Below, in pieces: positions 60,528 through 64,000 of a stretch of 64,000 nucleotides of DNA (its first letter is position 1; each line of letters opens with the position of its first letter). The stretch lies in the NCBI GenBank assembly GCA_900315085.1, contig OMXW01000004.1, forward strand, positions 4,399-68,398, read 5' to 3'. Made by a program: the position numbers and the translations under genes. Below the pieces are notes generated by a model, which did no database searches, had not been told where the DNA came from, and saw only the letters and a list, made by a program, of their open reading frames with translations. The stretch comes from an uncultured Eubacteriales bacterium (GTDB taxonomy: Bacteria; Bacillota; Clostridia; Oscillospirales; Acutalibacteraceae).

Positions 60528-61919
60528 TTGAAAAATATCATAACCATGAAGAATATCCTTATTGCAATTGCTTTCACCGTATTATTGCTTTTTGTCAAGG
60601 ATAATTTAGGGATCATTTTTGTGATCGCGGGCGCTATTCTCGCAATTCTTACTCCGTTCTTCATCGGTTTTCTGTTCGCGTATATTCTTAATTTCCCGTA
60701 TAAGCTTTTACACGACGGACTGTTTAAGAACATGGGCAAAAAGCATAAGTTTTTGCTCGGAGTAAAAAAGCCGCTTGCAATTACAATAACATATCTCGGT
60801 TCTTCGGCAATCGTAGTTGCGCTGATTATCACCGTTGTACCTCAGCTTGCAACCAACCTTGCTACTCTCGTTAAAAACACTCCAAAATACGGTCAAACCT
60901 TCTACACCTACTATCAGGACATTGTAAACTGGATCAACAAGACGTTCAACGCTGAAATCCCGATCAATTTCACCCAGGAAGAAATGATCAACAATGTTCT
61001 CAAGTTCTTCACGGGCAAGCAGAACGTGAACGCCGCCGATATTACAAAGACGATTTTGGACAGCCTGCCCATGATTTTCCAGAACTTCTTCGGCTTCCTG
61101 TCATCGGCAACAACAGGCATTTACAACTTCATCATGGGTGTTGTTATTTCCGTATACTTCCTCGCGTTCAAGGACAATCTCAGTTATCAGATGAAAGAGC
61201 TGGCAGTCGCGTTTATTCCAATCAAGTTTTTGCCTAAGCTCTATGAAATAGTTGACATCACCGATACAAAATGCGGTCGTTTCCTCGTTGGCGACATCGT
61301 TGACTCGGCGGTATTCGGTGTCGTGCTGTTCGTATTTCTTTCAATCTTCGGAGTTCCTTACGCTCCGCTGATTGCGGTAATCTGCGGCGTATGCAACATT
61401 ATCCCGTTCTTCGGTCCGTGGATAGGCGGCGTTCCCAGCGCGTTTATTCTTGCTCTGGTCGGAGCTCAGCCGCTTATCACCTTCGTGATCATCGTATTCA
61501 TTTTGCAGCAGATCGACGCAAACGTTACCCGTCCCAAGATTATCGGAAACCATGTAGGACTTTCGAGCTTCTGGGTACTGTTCAGCGTAATCGTTGGAGG
61601 CGCGCTTTTCGGAATTATAGGTTTTATCTTAGGCACGCCGATTTATGCGGTCATCTATTCGCTTATCGGCAAGCGCGTAAGAAACAATATTCAGGAAAAA
61701 GGCAAGCTCGGACAGGAGGCGCTTGACTTCCAGGTTCTCAAATATTCCGAAATCGCGGCTGAACAAAAGAGAATCCGCGAGGAAAAGGAAGCCGAGCAGA
61801 GAAACAAGCTCAAAAAGCTGATTCACTTTACCAAAGGCGACAAGGATTCCGATGACGATTCGGATAACGAGAAGCATGAAAAGACATTCGTAGAGATTAC
61901 CGAGGATAACAAAAAGTAA
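60528..61919 (+). CDS. AI-2E (PerM) family transporter
   Basis: PF.IG...AYIL, N.IPFFGP.IG, LQQ.D.N...PKI.G, charged C-terminal tail. Confidence 0.9.
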   Translation: MKNIITMKNILIAIAFTVLLLFVKDNLGIIFVIAGAILAILTPFFIGFLFAYILNFPYKLLHDGLFKNMGKKHKFLLGVKKPLAITITYLGSSAIVVALIITVVPQLATNLATLVKNTPKYGQTFYTYYQDIVNWINKTFNAEIPINFTQEEMINNVLKFFTGKQNVNAADITKTILDSLPMIFQNFFGFLSSATTGIYNFIMGVVISVYFLAFKDNLSYQMKELAVAFIPIKFLPKLYEIVDITDTKCGRFLVGDIVDSAVFGVVLFVFLSIFGVPYAPLIAVICGVCNIIPFFGPWIGGVPSAFILALVGAQPLITFVIIVFILQQIDANVTRPKIIGNHVGLSSFWVLFSVIVGGALFGIIGFILGTPIYAVIYSLIGKRVRNNIQEKGKLGQEALDFQVLKYSEIAAEQKRIREEKEAEQRNKLKKLIHFTKGDKDSDDDSDNEKHEKTFVEITEDNKK

Positions 61920-61941
61920 GTTCATTCTTAAAGATAGTTAA

Positions 61942-61978
61942 GCAAACCGCACAATAATAATTTGTTGTGCGGTATTGC
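61942..61978 (+). terminator. Hairpin terminator upstream of the his promoter
   Basis: gcaaaccgcacaata-ataat-ttgttgtgcggtattgc. Confidence 0.55.
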
Positions 61979-61979
61979 C

Positions 61980-62008
61980 TTGACAGGGTGATTTTATTAT
62001 GGTAATAT
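61980..62008 (+). promoter_or_regulatory. Sigma-A promoter of the his operon
   Basis: TTGACA-17 nt-TAATAT with TG extension. Confidence 0.6.
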
Positions 62009-62048
62009 ACTAAAGTGTTATTAAACTAAAGCGCTATGAGAGGACAAT

Positions 62049-63224
62049 ATGAAAAGATATACGAAGATTACGCCCGAGGGCACAAAGGATTTTCTTTTTG
62101 CGGAATGTTCCGCAATGGACGACGTTTGCGGCAAGGTTGAAAAAGTATTCCGCACCCGCGGATTTAAAAAGGTAATAACCCCCGCAATCGAATTTTATGA
62201 CGTATTCGCGCTTCCCTGCAGCGGAATTATGCAGGAGGCTATGTTCAAAACCGTAGATAACAAGGGCAGACTTCTTGTAGTCCGTCCCGATTCCACGCTG
62301 CCGATAGCGCGCATGGTGTCGTCAAGACTAAAAAACAGCCTGCTGCCCGTAAGACTCTACTATAAGCAGGCGGTGTACCGCAATAATCCAACGCTTACCG
62401 GCAGAAGCAACGAGAACATGCAGATGGGCGTTGAGCTTCTGGGAGTAAAGGGTATCCGTGCCGATTTGGAAATTCTCACCACAGCGGTAGATTCGCTTGC
62501 CGCAGTAGCCGACGATTTCAGAATAGAGCTCGGCCATGCTGAGGTGTTCGACGCGCTGTCCGAGAACCTCGACATCGACGAAGCGTACAAGGAAAAAATC
62601 AGAGTATCAATCGAAGGAAAAAATTACTCCGCGCTCAATAATCTGCTCGACAAACTTGAGCCGTCAAATGCGGTCAGCGCAATCAGAAGCCTTCCGTCAC
62701 TTTTCGGCGGCGAGGAAATATTTGAAAAGGCGCTCAAAATCTGCGAGGGCACAAAGGCAGTGAGCGCGCTCGAGTATTTACATAAAATATACACCAGCCT
62801 GACCGTGCTCGGTTTAGGCGAAAAGATAATTGTAGATCTGGGCCTGGTTCAGCGCAACGACTACTACACGGGAATCGTGTTCTCCGGCTATGTGAGCGGA
62901 ATCGGCGACGCGGTGCTTTCCGGAGGCCGCTACGACGAGCTGCTCGGCGAGTTCGACCTGCCAATGGGCGCGGCGGGCTTTGCCGTTGACACAGACGCCG
63001 TAACAATGCTGCGTCTGTCAGACAACAACATCAGCTACTCCGACAACCCCGAGGTACTCGTTTTTGCCCACGACGGCTGCGAGATGGAAGCGATCACAGA
63101 GGTTGCAGAGCTCAACATGAACGGAATCAAGGCGCAGTTCAGCGTACTGCCCACGCTTGAGGAAACAAAGAAATTTGCCTCAGAGCGCGGAATAGCACAA
63201 GTAAAGGAAGTCAAAAAAGTATGA
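62049..63224 (+). CDS. hisZ: ATP phosphoribosyltransferase regulatory subunit
   Basis: TPEGTKD, RPD.T.PIAR, Q.GVEL.G, YYTG..F..Y, GGRYD; precedes the short hisG. Confidence 0.95.
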   Translation: MKRYTKITPEGTKDFLFAECSAMDDVCGKVEKVFRTRGFKKVITPAIEFYDVFALPCSGIMQEAMFKTVDNKGRLLVVRPDSTLPIARMVSSRLKNSLLPVRLYYKQAVYRNNPTLTGRSNENMQMGVELLGVKGIRADLEILTTAVDSLAAVADDFRIELGHAEVFDALSENLDIDEAYKEKIRVSIEGKNYSALNNLLDKLEPSNAVSAIRSLPSLFGGEEIFEKALKICEGTKAVSALEYLHKIYTSLTVLGLGEKIIVDLGLVQRNDYYTGIVFSGYVSGIGDAVLSGGRYDELLGEFDLPMGAAGFAVDTDAVTMLRLSDNNISYSDNPEVLVFAHDGCEMEAITEVAELNMNGIKAQFSVLPTLEETKKFASERGIAQVKEVKKV

Positions 63225-63850
63225 AGCCAATTCGAATTGCTCTGACAAAGGGCAGACTTGAAAAAACCACGGTTGAGCTGCTTGAAAAAATCGGCTACAA
63301 CTGTGACGAGATAAAAAACAAGGGCAGACGTCTTATTCTGTCCGTAGGCGACGGAAAGTTTGAGGTCGTGCTTGCAAAGGCAGCCGACGTAATCACATAT
63401 GTAGAGCACGGCGTATGCGACTTAGGCGTTGTTGGAAAGGATACGATACTTGAAAACGGAACCTCGTTTTACGAGCTGTTAGACCTCGGCTTCGGAAAAT
63501 GCCGCTTTGCCCTCGCAACAAAAAAGGGACATGATTTTTACAGCGGCTACAACACCAAAACAATCGCCACAAAATACCCGAACGTAACGCGCGCGTTCTT
63601 TGACGACAAAAACATGGACGTGCGAATCATAAAAATAGAAGGCTCGGTTGAGCTTGCGCCGCTCGTAGGACTTTCCGACGGAATAGTCGATATCGTTGAA
63701 ACAGGCTCAACGCTCAAAGCCAACGGACTTGAGGTTATCGAGTGGGTAACCGATATTTCCGCAAGACTTATCGCAAACACCGCGAGCCTCAAGCTGAGAA
63801 AGAAAGAAATAGAAGAATTGCAGAGAAAACTGGAGGCTGTAACACAATGA
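63221..63850 (+). CDS. hisG: ATP phosphoribosyltransferase (short form)
   Basis: IALTKGRL, DV.TYVE.G, ATKYP, GSVELAP..GL.D.IVDIVETG.TL. Confidence 0.97.
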   Translation: MKPIRIALTKGRLEKTTVELLEKIGYNCDEIKNKGRRLILSVGDGKFEVVLAKAADVITYVEHGVCDLGVVGKDTILENGTSFYELLDLGFGKCRFALATKKGHDFYSGYNTKTIATKYPNVTRAFFDDKNMDVRIIKIEGSVELAPLVGLSDGIVDIVETGSTLKANGLEVIEWVTDISARLIANTASLKLRKKEIEELQRKLEAVTQ

Positions 63851-64000
63851 TTACTACCGTAACCGCAGACGGCTCAAAAGAATATGAGTTTATTGAATAC
63901 CTAAAAAAGAGAGCGCAGAACTCCGACAAAAACGTTATCCCCACGGTTCAGGAAATAATTGACAATGTGCGTGAAAACGGCGACAAGGCAGTACGGGACT
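63847..64000 (+). CDS. hisD: Histidinol dehydrogenase, N-terminal part (partial)
   Basis: ATGA overlap with hisG; ...V.EIIDNVRENGDKAV.. motif. Confidence 0.85.
   Translation, partial: MITTVTADGSKEYEFIEYLKKRAQNSDKNVIPTVQEIIDNVRENGDKAVRD

Noticed and set aside
46796-64000. Genomic island bounded by the tRNA-Ser 3' fragment as an att site
   Set aside because: The upstream DNA is core housekeeping genes with no integrase, and the promoter plus GGAGA 5' end are still attached to the fragment.

Overview
A mostly core-genome window from a spore-forming Clostridia/Bacillota chromosome; gene content and order suggest a Ruminococcus/Oscillospiraceae-like gut bacterium (inference). In order it carries secD(end)-secF, DUF4363/DUF421, a gerKA-KB-short KC germination operon, and hprK-murB-rapZ-whiA-xseB-ispA-dxs-tlyA-nadK-argR-recN-recJ-relA-dtd-MBL-hemZ. 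Next come a yabM-like flippase, mazG, hup, yabO, yabP, yabQ and tRNA-Thr(CGT), then a degenerate ybeY paralog, class III FBPase, a VTC/DUF4956/Cthe_2159 operon and a MocR regulator. The rest is murD-2xM42-GNAT-ynbB, XRE, phosphatase, leuB, a cpsB-like gene, a truncated tRNA-Ser(GGA), a polar amino-acid ABC transporter, pyrH-frr-uppS-cdsA-dxr-rseP-ispG-polC, an AI-2E transporter and hisZ-hisG-hisD(start). I see no transposase, integrase, Cas or phage gene. The unusual signal is non-coding. Both tRNA loci carry the same cassette: tRNA 3' end plus terminator, a locus-specific inverted copy of that tRNA's own 3' end that stops exactly at the T-loop, a shared ~110-bp core (first 47 nt identical at both loci), then a direct repeat of the tRNA 3' end and terminator. 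Seven intergenic regions contain nested REP/REPIN/MITE-like palindromic elements. All alignments were done by eye; no database searches were run.
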